Below the pieces are notes generated by a model. That model ran no database searches. It worked only from the letters and a program-made list of their open reading frames with translations, and was not told where the DNA came from. From Chloroflexota bacterium (GTDB taxonomy: Bacteria; Chloroflexota; Dehalococcoidia; DSTF01; JACRBR01), in assembly GCA_016213125.1 (NCBI GenBank), contig JACRBR010000195.1, positions 1 to 32,306 of the forward strand: a stretch of DNA of 32,306 nucleotides, in the 5' to 3' direction. Each line of letters begins with the position of its first letter. The first letter of the stretch is position 1. Below, one piece after another: positions 14,037 through 24,622 of this stretch. A program made the position numbers and the translations under genes.

Positions 14037-15701
14037 CTACTCCGGCACCGGCACCGTGCGCGGCTGGCTCAGCCGCTCGATGATGTTCGCCGTCAGCTTC
14101 CGCAGCCGCGCGTCCGCGAACGCCCCCCGCTCCTCGTGCCCCCAGTCGTCCAGCCCCCAGCTCCACGCGAACGTCCCCGCGTTGAACACCGCCGCCCCGC
14201 TCTCCGCCTTGTAGATCGATGACGCGGCCGTGTCGCTCCCCAGGAACCCGTCGACCGGCGACGCGCCCACCGGAACCAGACCCTCCGGCCGCCTGTCCGG
14301 CGTCGTCATGTGGTCGTACTCGTACCCCACGATCCCCGGGAACGAATCGCCCTCCGTGATCTCCGTGTCCTTGAAGATCCAGTGATCCACGTTCGCCGGC
14401 CGCCACGCCTGGTACTCCGGCGTCGCGTTGGAACCGTACTTCAGGCCCGTGAGCATGCTCTGCGGCCGGTTCACCGGCGGCGCCGAGAACAGCACCGTCG
14501 CCTCCTGCGGACGCTCGCGCGCCAGCGGGTCCAGCGATGCGTCCTTGTAGCACGTCAGCACCCGCGCCTTCCCGTCCTTCGTCGCATCCTCAAGGCGACT
14601 CTGCCAGTACACCTCGTTGCCGCTGAAGAACGCCAGGTTCACCCCCGCGTCCCGCGCCGCCTCCACCGCGTCGTACTGCTGCTTCGTCCAGTACTCGTCG
14701 TGCCCCAGCGACACGAACAGCCGGTGCCGCTGCAGCACCTCGCCGCGCAGGTGCACGTCGACGTTCGTCGTGTACGTCATGTCGTACCCCTGCGACTCCG
14801 CCCACCGCACGAAGTTGTACTCCCACCGGAAGAACTCCCCCGCCCCGTACATCGGCTGGTTGTTCAGCGTCGGGTCGTACGGCCGGTCGTACGAGACGCG
14901 ATACGCGCGCCGCTCTTTCTCGCTGTACCGCCGGTTCGCGCCGAAGGAGCCGTACAGGCTCGCGTCGCCCCACACGTTGTACGCCTGCCAAGTGTTCGTC
15001 GAAGCCTGCACGATAATCGGCGATGTCGCGTCGTCGTCGCGCACCACGAAGATCGCGTACGCATACGTGTCCGACTTCACTTCATGCAGCTTTACGATGT
15101 AGTAGCCGGGCGCCCAGTCGCCGCCCGTCTTGATCTGCAGGCTGCGCTTCCAGTTGCACTCGATGAGGAAGGTGTCGGGTTCCACGCTGCAGGCGTGGCA
15201 CTCCTCCAGGCTGCGCAGCGCGTCCCATCGCCCCTGCGCCTGGCCTTCGTTGTCCTTGTACGACTTCACCAGCCGCCCGCCCGCGCCGCCGTACCAACCC
15301 ATGCGGTACACGTCCGCGTCGAACCGCGCGCCATCGTCCCTGGTGCTCACGTGCAGGTCCACCGTCTCGCCCGGCTGGACGCTGGCCTGCCCGCAGTACG
15401 CCGCGATCTCGCCCTCGAGCGCTGGCCGCTCGGCGATGTGCCAGCCGTTGTCTCCGGGAAGGGCGTTCTCCCGCGCGACCGCGCCGCCCCGCACGTCGAT
15501 GGTCTTCGCCCCACCGTCCCGGCAGCGGAGCGCCAGCAGCCCCCCCGTGGCCACCAACCCCGCCAGGAACTGTCTCCGGTCGACCTTCCGTGCCGCCAGG
15601 AACTGCAGTGGGACACTCCTGTCATCCGCCGCCCGTGTTGTAGCAGATGGATCGCCACCCCGCCCGCCGCGACATAACGCCCGCGCCACGTCCCTCCCCA
15701 T
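14037..15701 (-). CDS. N,N-dimethylformamidase large-subunit-like protein with a twin-arginine signal (start uncertain)
   Basis: DRRQFLAGL Tat motif; ENALPG, YRMGWYGGAGGR, TWQAYNVWG, SYDRPY, GHDEYW, NLAFFSGNEVYW, VGYEYD, GAAVFNAGT..WSWGL motifs. Confidence 0.8.
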   Translation of the reverse strand: MGRDVARALCRGGRGGDPSATTRAADDRSVPLQFLAARKVDRRQFLAGLVATGGLLALRCRDGGAKTIDVRGGAVARENALPGDNGWHIAERPALEGEIAAYCGQASVQPGETVDLHVSTRDDGARFDADVYRMGWYGGAGGRLVKSYKDNEGQAQGRWDALRSLEECHACSVEPDTFLIECNWKRSLQIKTGGDWAPGYYIVKLHEVKSDTYAYAIFVVRDDDATSPIIVQASTNTWQAYNVWGDASLYGSFGANRRYSEKERRAYRVSYDRPYDPTLNNQPMYGAGEFFRWEYNFVRWAESQGYDMTYTTNVDVHLRGEVLQRHRLFVSLGHDEYWTKQQYDAVEAARDAGVNLAFFSGNEVYWQSRLEDATKDGKARVLTCYKDASLDPLARERPQEATVLFSAPPVNRPQSMLTGLKYGSNATPEYQAWRPANVDHWIFKDTEITEGDSFPGIVGYEYDHMTTPDRRPEGLVPVGASPVDGFLGSDTAASSIYKAESGAAVFNAGTFAWSWGLDDWGHEERGAFADARLRKLTANIIERLSQPRTVPVPE

Positions 15702-16028
15702 CGCCGCGCCGCCTCCCCCGCACCTCGCGGTGGAAAATGTTCCGAAAGTGCAGTGGCGCGCTTGGAGATCGCAGCGCCCGTGCACTACGATCGCCCTTGC
15801 CGCAGGCCCTCCCGGTCGCGCGGCCTGCGACCCGAAGCGCCCCGTCTCCCGGAAGGAGGAAGCTGCGACCCGCCGAAAAACCCAAAAGTGCCGAGCAATT
15901 GAATCTCGGGCGCGCCGAAGGAATGGCGAAACTGCAAAAAGAAATTCCCGGATTAGATTCGATTTCGGCCAGAAACGTTCCCGCGAAGCCGCGAAGAGAC
16001 GGCCGAATTCAACGCGGAAATGGAGGGC

Positions 16029-16895
16029 CTACCCCGAAGAAACCACGAACTCGCGGATCACATCGAGGCCCCGCGGATCGTCGCGAAAGATGCCGTGCCC
16101 CGCGCTCGCGAAGCGCTCGAACCGCACCAGGTGTGGCGGCAACGCCCGCGCGATGTCCTCCTGTGACTCGATCGGCGTGATCGGATCCGCCTCGCCGCCC
16201 AGCACCAGCGTCGGACACCGCACCTTCGCCAGGTCTGCCAGCATGTCGAACGACAGCCCTTCGCCGCCGGGCCCGAGGAAGCTCATCAGCACCTTGCCGC
16301 TCATCACGCTGCGAGCGCGCGCGTCAGGGTCAGGTTTCGCGACGGTGTTGTAGAACGGCATCGCCTCCGTCATCCACTTCAACGCGAACTCCGGCGAGTC
16401 GTACCCGATGGTCAGCGCATGCCGCGCCATCGCCGCGATCTCCGGCCCGCCCGCGCGGTCGAACAGCTCGATGCTGCGCTCGACGTGCGCGTGCCCCTGC
16501 GCCGCCGTGCTCGAGAGGATCAGCTTCCCCGGATGCTCCGGGTGCCGCGTCGCGTACGCGATCGCCACGAATCCGCCGAAGGAGTTCCCCAACACGATCG
16601 GCTTCTCGATCTCCAGCGCGCGGCAGAACTCGAACAGGTCGTCGCCCCACTGCGCCAGCGTCCAAGCCTCCGCGGGCTGCCGGTTGCTGCGCCCGTTGCC
16701 CCGGTGGTCGATGTAGACGACCTGCGCGATATCAGCGAATCGCGAGAACGCGGGCTTATAGCCCGAGTGGTCCATGCCCGGCCCTCCGTGCAGCAGGATC
16801 AGCGTGGGCTGCTCCCGCATGCGTGGCCCGTCGGGCACAAGCTTCGCCCCCTCTACGTCGAAGAAGATCCGTACGCCGTTGACCTCGATGCGCAT
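16029..16895 (-). CDS. Alpha/beta hydrolase (proline iminopeptidase-like)
   Basis: LHGGPG, DHRGNGRS, GNSFGG nucleophile elbow, GEADP, AGH; start at 16895 from TAGACT + 7 nt + ATG. Confidence 0.9.
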   Translation of the reverse strand: MRIEVNGVRIFFDVEGAKLVPDGPRMREQPTLILLHGGPGMDHSGYKPAFSRFADIAQVVYIDHRGNGRSNRQPAEAWTLAQWGDDLFEFCRALEIEKPIVLGNSFGGFVAIAYATRHPEHPGKLILSSTAAQGHAHVERSIELFDRAGGPEIAAMARHALTIGYDSPEFALKWMTEAMPFYNTVAKPDPDARARSVMSGKVLMSFLGPGGEGLSFDMLADLAKVRCPTLVLGGEADPITPIESQEDIARALPPHLVRFERFASAGHGIFRDDPRGLDVIREFVVSSG

Positions 16896-16974
16896 GCCGG
16901 GAAGTCTACTGCGCCTCGCCGCGCGCCAACACAACACCGCGCCGCACGAACCCGGCCGCCCCCCCGCGCTCACC

Positions 16975-18903
16975 TCAGCGGAGCGACAGGTCCGTTGTCC
17001 CTCCGCGCGCGTCTTTGGAGCGAGGGCCGTTGATCACCGTCTCCGCGGCAGGCTCCCCGTCGATGAGCAGCGTCACCACGGCGCCGCGCTCGCATCCCGC
17101 CACGGAATCCGGCCCCACCACAGACAGGATGTACCCGCGAAAGCTCCCCGTCCGCCGCGTCGATGCCACCCCGCACCTCACGCCGCCGATGTACGCCTCC
17201 ACCAGCGTCCCCGGCGGCATCAGCCCGCCGCCCCGTGTGTACACCTCGCCGGAGTACTCGCTGACGAGCGGCGCCGCCCCCTGCGGCTCCGCGGTCGAAA
17301 ATCCCGTGTCGAACGAGCCCGTCGTGCTCCCTTCCGGCCACGCGAACGCGGTCTGGCTGTACAGCTTCGTGTCGTTCGCGTACGTCCACAGCAGGATCTC
17401 GCCGCCCGGTGAGCCGCAGCCCGTCGACTCCGCGTCCGCCATCACTGTGATCTCGTATCGGCCGTCATCGATAGGTGGCAGGTCGAGCTGGCACGGCGTG
17501 ACCAGCCCCTCTCGCCGCACCACCGCCCCCACCCACCGCGCGTCGAACGCCTCACCGTCCAGCATCAGGTTGCCGCGAATCACCACGCGCTCCGCCGCTC
17601 CCGGCACCGCGTCCTCCTCAGGCGACCCCGATCGTGGCAGCAGCGCGAACTTCGACCCCAGCGTGCGCAGGTCATCGACGAGCACGTCATCGCCTTCGGG
17701 CCGCGCGCCGCCTTCCACCCACGCGACCAGCGCCTCGAACCCCGCCTCCTGTTCCGACGTGTTGAAGCCGCAATGCCCCGGGTCCGCGATCACCCGCTGG
17801 ACCAGCAGGTCGCCCTTCCCCGCCGCTTCGACGCGCTGCCGAAGGATGCGCGCCTGCTCGATCGGCACCTGGCCGTCGCCGGTCGTGTGCATCGTCAGCA
17901 TCGGCATCTGCAGGTCGCCCGTCGTTTCGTTCCGTTCGACGAACCGCTGCACCAGCTCGTCCTGCGTCGGGAGGCGCACAACATCTCGATTGAACTCCTC
18001 GCTCGAGACCGCGCTCAGCGGCCCCAGCCGGTACTCGGTTTCGATGTTCGGCGCCAGGCCTCCGGAGACCAGCATCTGCGTGCGCCGCCAGTTCGTCTCC
18101 TCCTCCGCGCGAAATCCCTCCCGATCGAACATGCGCGGTCCGCCCGTCAGGTCGATCATGATGCTCTCGAATCGCTCGTGCGTAATGGGATCGTCCAGCG
18201 CCGGCAGGATGCGCTCGCTGATGAGCTTCGGGATGCTGTCCGCGGTTTCGAACTCTCCCTGCGTCACGCCCGCCACGTAGGCGCCCGCGGCGAAGAAGTC
18301 AGCCTGGCCACGAGCCCCCGATTCGTTTCCCGCGCTTCCACACAGCGCCAGCGCGCCATCAAACCGGTCCGGGTACCGCTCCGCCGCGATGTGGGTCGCC
18401 GCCCCGCCCATCGATTCGCCCGTGACGTACGTCCATGCAGGGCGTCCGTGCTTCTGTACGAAGAGATCCCACAGCGCCGCCGTTTCGTCAGCGGCGCGTC
18501 CCGGTATCAGCGACGTGCTGCTGAAGCTTGATGCGCCCCACGCGTACCCGTTGCCGATGAGGTACCGGCGAAAGTCCGGCGCGCTCACGCGTGCTTCGCT
18601 GCGCAGCTCCTCGAACCCGTGCATGTACAAGACCACGCGCCCGTTCCATTCGTCCGGCATCTCGATCCGGTACACCGTCCCGCCCAGCCGCCCGTAGTCG
18701 GCCGTCGCCCCCGGCAGCGCCTCGAACGCCGGGTCCGCCAACGAGATGCCCTCGGGCTCGGACCTGATCGCCACCGAGGAGGGAATTGCCCTGGGCGTAG
18801 GCGTACCCCGCGCGGGAGCCGCGCCGTCATCGCAGGAAGCGAGCGCGACGGAGATGGCCGCCAGCGATAGCGTGAACAGTAGGATCGTGCGAATGCCGGG
18901 CAA
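16975..18903 (-). CDS. Secreted/lipoprotein alpha/beta hydrolase with two tandem C-terminal Cys-paired domains
   Basis: Probable TTG start at 18903 after GGAG; lipobox LASC; YMHG, GESMGG, GDGQVP and PGHCGF (Ser-Asp-His triad). Confidence 0.75.
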   Translation of the reverse strand: MPGIRTILLFTLSLAAISVALASCDDGAAPARGTPTPRAIPSSVAIRSEPEGISLADPAFEALPGATADYGRLGGTVYRIEMPDEWNGRVVLYMHGFEELRSEARVSAPDFRRYLIGNGYAWGASSFSSTSLIPGRAADETAALWDLFVQKHGRPAWTYVTGESMGGAATHIAAERYPDRFDGALALCGSAGNESGARGQADFFAAGAYVAGVTQGEFETADSIPKLISERILPALDDPITHERFESIMIDLTGGPRMFDREGFRAEEETNWRRTQMLVSGGLAPNIETEYRLGPLSAVSSEEFNRDVVRLPTQDELVQRFVERNETTGDLQMPMLTMHTTGDGQVPIEQARILRQRVEAAGKGDLLVQRVIADPGHCGFNTSEQEAGFEALVAWVEGGARPEGDDVLVDDLRTLGSKFALLPRSGSPEEDAVPGAAERVVIRGNLMLDGEAFDARWVGAVVRREGLVTPCQLDLPPIDDGRYEITVMADAESTGCGSPGGEILLWTYANDTKLYSQTAFAWPEGSTTGSFDTGFSTAEPQGAAPLVSEYSGEVYTRGGGLMPPGTLVEAYIGGVRCGVASTRRTGSFRGYILSVVGPDSVAGCERGAVVTLLIDGEPAAETVINGPRSKDARGGTTDLSLR

Positions 18904-19213
18904 TCGGTACTCCGTCTCGCTGCACTCCCCGTTGTACACCCTTCGGCGTGCGTTGGTTCCGTACCCTCAACGGGAAGCGCCTTTTTGCACGAGTGTCGAT
19001 CGCCCTGGCCCCGCCTTTCACCGCCGGTAACAGAACCGTCATGCGGTCATACCCAACGTGCCCTGCTCCGTGTCATCCCCATCGCAATAGCGCCAATTAG
19101 CACTCCCATAACACATTCTTAGCCGGCCACGCCGACAACGAGGTCGGGGATGGGTGACTGATGGGGTACGGGTTATGGCGACGTTTATTTCACTACTGAC
19201 ATGGCATCGGTGC

Positions 19214-19531
19214 ATGACCGGCGAAGCGGAGATCCGCGGCACAATCGATCGCCACGAGCTCCAGCTCTGGGCGCTTGGCATGCACTCGATCACCTTCGTC
19301 TCCGACGATCCCGGCGACTGCGCGGCAGTGGTTCTCAGCCACTGCTCCGATCACGCCGCAGCCGCAACGATTGCGGACACGCTCCTGGGAGAGGCTCTCG
19401 TGCGCGTGGATACGATGCGCTTCGATGAGGCGCGCGGCACCCCCGCGTGGCTGGCTGCGCCCGTGTCCGGGCCGCGTCTTCCCCACCCCCCGCGGCGGCG
19501 GCGGGAGCAAGAGCAGGCGCTGGCCGCTTGA
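19214..19531 (+). CDS. Hypothetical protein (about 105 aa)
   Basis: ORF with high-GC codon style and a globular-looking N-terminus, followed by a hairpin; start uncertain (19154 is the longest). Confidence 0.45.
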   Translation: MTGEAEIRGTIDRHELQLWALGMHSITFVSDDPGDCAAVVLSHCSDHAAAATIADTLLGEALVRVDTMRFDEARGTPAWLAAPVSGPRLPHPPRRRREQEQALAA

Positions 19532-19560
19532 CTGGAGGGGAGCAAGGTTCAGCGGTGCAC

Positions 19561-19593
19561 GGCGGCCCGGTCCCCGCGCAAACCCGGGCCGCC
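19561..19593 (+). terminator. GC hairpin after the hypothetical gene
   Basis: GGCGGCCCGG...CCGGGCCGCC 10-bp stem, no U-tract. Confidence 0.35.
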
Positions 19594-19739
19594 GGCCTGC
19601 CCATTTGGGCCGCCGGGGCAGCGTCCATACGCCAGATCGCCGCGGCTTAACCAACTCGGCAACCAGTCCTCTCCCGCGTGAAAACCCGTGGGTCCGGACC
19701 TCCAATTCAGATCGTTTCGGGCCATCCGGAGACCCCTGA

Positions 19740-21907
<2,168 letters not shown>

Positions 21908-21908
<1 letters not shown>

Positions 21909-22028
21909 CAGGGTGTTGAGGAAGCCCCTCTATCCTTGCAGCGCGGGCTGAAAGCCCGCGCGTTCAGGTTCGCGAAGAACTCTTTTCGATGCCCAGGCCG
22001 CGTGCCACGACGTTTTTCGGCACCGTGC
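21908..22028. mobile_element. Degenerate MITE-like element with imperfect terminal inverted repeats and an internal hairpin
   Basis: Left end GCAGGGTGTTGAGGAA versus reverse complement of the right end GCACGGTGCCGAAAAA (11/16); begins at the CTAG of the gyrB stop; inner GCGCGGGCT-GAA-AGCCCGCGC at 21941-21961. Confidence 0.45.
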
Positions 22029-22091
22029 GTGCCCGGCGCTCGCTGACCGGTCGTGCTGATGTCGGAGACAGTCATCAAGCCTGTCCCCCTT

Positions 22092-22568
22092 TCATATCGC
22101 TCGCGCTCGGGCTTCGCGCGGGCCCAGCTCGACGATCCGCGCATCGGTGATCCGCCGCCCCGAGGTCCGCACGATCGCCACGGTCTGGATGCGATGAAAG
22201 CCCGCCCGCCCGGCCGCCCCCGGGTTCACGTACACCACTCCCGCTCGATCCTCGACCAGCGCCCGGTGACTGTGGCCGAACACGACGGCCTGCGTATCCG
22301 CCCCCGGGGAAGCGTGCAGCAACTGATGCACAAGATGGAAGCGAACGCCGCCGAGATCGAGGTCCGCTCGAAGCGGCAACCCCAGCGTGTCGCGCTTTTC
22401 GTCGTTGTTGCCATACACCGCGTGGACAGGCGCTATGGAACCCAGCGCATCCAGCACGTGCTGCCCGCCGATGTCGCCCGCATGGACGATGGCTTCGACG
22501 CCGCGGAACGCCCGCACCAGCCGCGGGTCCACAAACCCGTGCGTGTCAGCAATAATCCCGATGCGCAT
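22092..22568 (-). CDS. YfcE/MJ0936-family metallophosphoesterase
   Basis: MRIGIIADTHG, HAGD, GNND, GHSH, NPGAAG. Confidence 0.92.
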   Translation of the reverse strand: MRIGIIADTHGFVDPRLVRAFRGVEAIVHAGDIGGQHVLDALGSIAPVHAVYGNNDEKRDTLGLPLRADLDLGGVRFHLVHQLLHASPGADTQAVVFGHSHRALVEDRAGVVYVNPGAAGRAGFHRIQTVAIVRTSGRRITDARIVELGPREARARAI

Positions 22569-22578
22569 CGCGCGCGGG

Positions 22579-22800
22579 TCAGCGGACGCCCTGATAGATG
22601 GCCGGTTGGTAGGACGGTGGCGGAATGGGCTTACCCTGTTCGCGAGCGACCTCGATCCAGAGGCCTTTCGCAATTGTCACTTCTCGAAGCGCGTCTTCCG
22701 GTGTGGGCCCAAACGCGGAGCAAAGCGGCAGATCGGGGATATCCGCAATGTAGGCTCCGTCCTCTTCACTGTAGAAGATGTTGATGTGGTAGTCCTTCAT
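22579..22800 (-). CDS. hicB: HicB-family antitoxin (short, partial RNase H fold only)
   Basis: YSEEDGAYIADIPDLPLCSAFGPTPEDAL...WIEVAREQGKPIPPP; ATGA overlap with hicA. Confidence 0.88.
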   Translation of the reverse strand: MKDYHINIFYSEEDGAYIADIPDLPLCSAFGPTPEDALREVTIAKGLWIEVAREQGKPIPPPSYQPAIYQGVR

Positions 22801-23051
22801 TCGCGTTCCTCGAGTGTCAGCTTAGCGGTTTCCACGAGGCGTACGAAGGCGCGAACCTGATACGGCTTAGCTTTGCCGCCGTCCGGCTGGAGATTCACCT
22901 GCTGAATCAGGCCCGGCCTTGTGAACATGTGATGGCTTCCCCGGATGCGGCTCAGGCGAAAACCAAATGCCTCCACGAGCGCGACCAGCTCTTCGAACCG
23001 CAGGTTGTTCGGCTGCCGTGCCGCCTTGTCGAGCAGCGTTCGCGCATCCAT
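22797..23051 (-). CDS. hicA: HicA-family mRNA interferase toxin
   Basis: LRFEEL..LVEAFGF....RGSHHMF...NLQP..GKAKPYQV; catalytic GSH intact. Confidence 0.88.
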   Translation of the reverse strand: MDARTLLDKAARQPNNLRFEELVALVEAFGFRLSRIRGSHHMFTRPGLIQQVNLQPDGGKAKPYQVRAFVRLVETAKLTLEERE

Positions 23052-23089
23052 GCTTTCGGGCTCGTCCTAGCGCGCTTCTTGAGAGCAAG

Positions 23090-23112
23090 AAGGTCCGCCA
23101 TGAGCGGACCTT
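23090..23112 (-). terminator. Terminator hairpin after rpsU
   Basis: Minus strand AAGGTCCGC-TCATG-GCGGACCTT followed by CTTG. Confidence 0.6.
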
Positions 23113-23143
23113 GACGTAGTCATCCCGGATTCGGAATCTTCAA

Positions 23144-23338
23144 CTACACCACCGGCCGCTTCGCGCGGCGGCGGCGCCGCGCGGCCTTCGCCATCGCGAT
23201 GCGACGGCGCTCGCTCTTCGGGATGAAGTGCCGCCGCTGCTTGATCTCGCGCAGGATGCCGTCGCGCTGGACTGCCTGGCGGAAGCGCGTGAGCAGGTGC
23301 TCCCCGGACTCACCATCGCGTAGGTCTACTGACGTCAT
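23144..23338 (-). CDS. rpsU: 30S ribosomal protein S21
   Basis: MTSVDLRDGESGEHLLTRFRQAVQRDGILREIKQRRHFIPKSERRR; GGAG RBS before ATG 23338. Confidence 0.9.
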   Translation of the reverse strand: MTSVDLRDGESGEHLLTRFRQAVQRDGILREIKQRRHFIPKSERRRIAMAKAARRRRRAKRPVV

Positions 23339-23363
23339 GTTCGCTCCAGTCTGCGATCGGCCT

Positions 23364-23927
23364 TCAGGCCGGTTGTTTCGTCGTTGGCTGCTCGACCGCG
23401 GCGTGCGCGCCAAGGCCATTCAGTTTATGCCATCCACCGTCCCCGGCCCAGATGGCGCGGATCGCATCCCACTTCTGCTGCCGCGCCGCCTCCAGTGTCT
23501 GAAGCTGGTCGCGCACCATGCTCTTCGTCGAGCCCCGCAGCGACTGGATCTGCCGCCCGATCTCCGCAATCTCCGTCAGAAGCTGCGCATGTTGCTCCGC
23601 CCGCCACTCCGGCGGCACCATCGGCGCGTCGTCGCGGACGGCTTCCAGGGGCTCGCCCGCCTTCGCCTTCCGGAAGATGAGCTTCTGCTTCCCCTCGTCT
23701 TCCGGCGTCGTATCCACCGTGATTCCCCACAGGTCCCGCGCAACCGTCTCAGACACAACGAGCACGGCCCGTCCCTCGAAGTGATAGACGATGTCGTGCT
23801 CGATGGGTTCGTCGACGATAAAACGGTACTTGCCGAGGTTGGTGTTGAGTCTGAGACAGCGGTCGGGAGTCGTACGCCGGGCGAGGAGCTTCGAGAGGGC
23901 TTCACACGCCGATGGGGTTACATGCAC
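23364..23927 (-). CDS. Hypothetical protein: HesB/IscA-like N-domain plus a helical (DUF2630-like) C-domain
   Basis: VHVTPSACEAL...LRL...DEPIEHDIVYHFEGRAVLVV...L.GITVD resembles the IscA fold; QLQTLEAARQQKWDAIR resembles DUF2630. GGAGG lies 9 nt before GTG 23927. Confidence 0.55.
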   Translation of the reverse strand: MHVTPSACEALSKLLARRTTPDRCLRLNTNLGKYRFIVDEPIEHDIVYHFEGRAVLVVSETVARDLWGITVDTTPEDEGKQKLIFRKAKAGEPLEAVRDDAPMVPPEWRAEQHAQLLTEIAEIGRQIQSLRGSTKSMVRDQLQTLEAARQQKWDAIRAIWAGDGGWHKLNGLGAHAAVEQPTTKQPA

Positions 23928-24136
23928 GCCGACCAACCTCCCCGCTCCGCACACATCCATGCGGCGCGCGCTGCGTCCCGCCCGAAGCGGGGACCGATGC
24001 CGGTGAAGCTATCCCTGAGGCTTGCTCACGGGATCGAAATAGTACCACTGTTGGTCGAATCTGGCAACGATCCGTTGTCATAAATGGCAGCCGGACAAGC
24101 TCCCTAGCGAGCGTTGCGCAGCGTGTGCTACCCACT

Positions 24137-24526
24137 TCACCGCGACGTGACGCGAATGTAATAGCCATCGGGATCGATGATCCGGTAGTCCGTGAGCCCC
24201 CACGGCCGTGTGCCCAGCGGGGTCGCGATTGCACAGCCGCTCGCAACCGCCCGGTCGTAGCTCGCTGTCACGTCATCGACCTCCAGCACGATCTCGACGC
24301 CCACTCCCTTTCGTCCGCGAAGGGCATCCTGCGAGAAGTGATGCTCGGGTGGAAGACCATCCTGCAGCCCGAGTCCCAGCGTGACCGCGCCCAGCCGCAT
24401 CACCTCGTAGTCCCCGTTCCGCCCTGACTCCTCGAAGCTGAGCGCATCGCGATAGTAGGCGCAGGATCGCGCGAGGTCGCTCACAAACAGCTCGAGCCGT
24501 AGTGTTGCGGAAGAGTCGTGCGGCAT
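24137..24526 (-). CDS. VOC/glyoxalase/bleomycin-resistance family protein
   Basis: LFVSDLARSCAYYRDALSF, VEIVLEVDDV, RPWGLTDYRIIDPDGY. Confidence 0.9.
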   Translation of the reverse strand: MPHDSSATLRLELFVSDLARSCAYYRDALSFEESGRNGDYEVMRLGAVTLGLGLQDGLPPEHHFSQDALRGRKGVGVEIVLEVDDVTASYDRAVASGCAIATPLGTRPWGLTDYRIIDPDGYYIRVTSR

Positions 24527-24622
24527 GATCCTCCGGCATGTGCGCCGGGGCTAACGCCTGGGTGCTGGCACCCGCCGGATCGGCGATAGAGCCCGCGCCG
24601 GGCCGTGCCGATCATTGTATAG

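Noticed and set aside
19097-19123. Full CIRCE element
   Set aside because: The right arm does not match GAGTGCTAA; kept only as a low-interest half-site.
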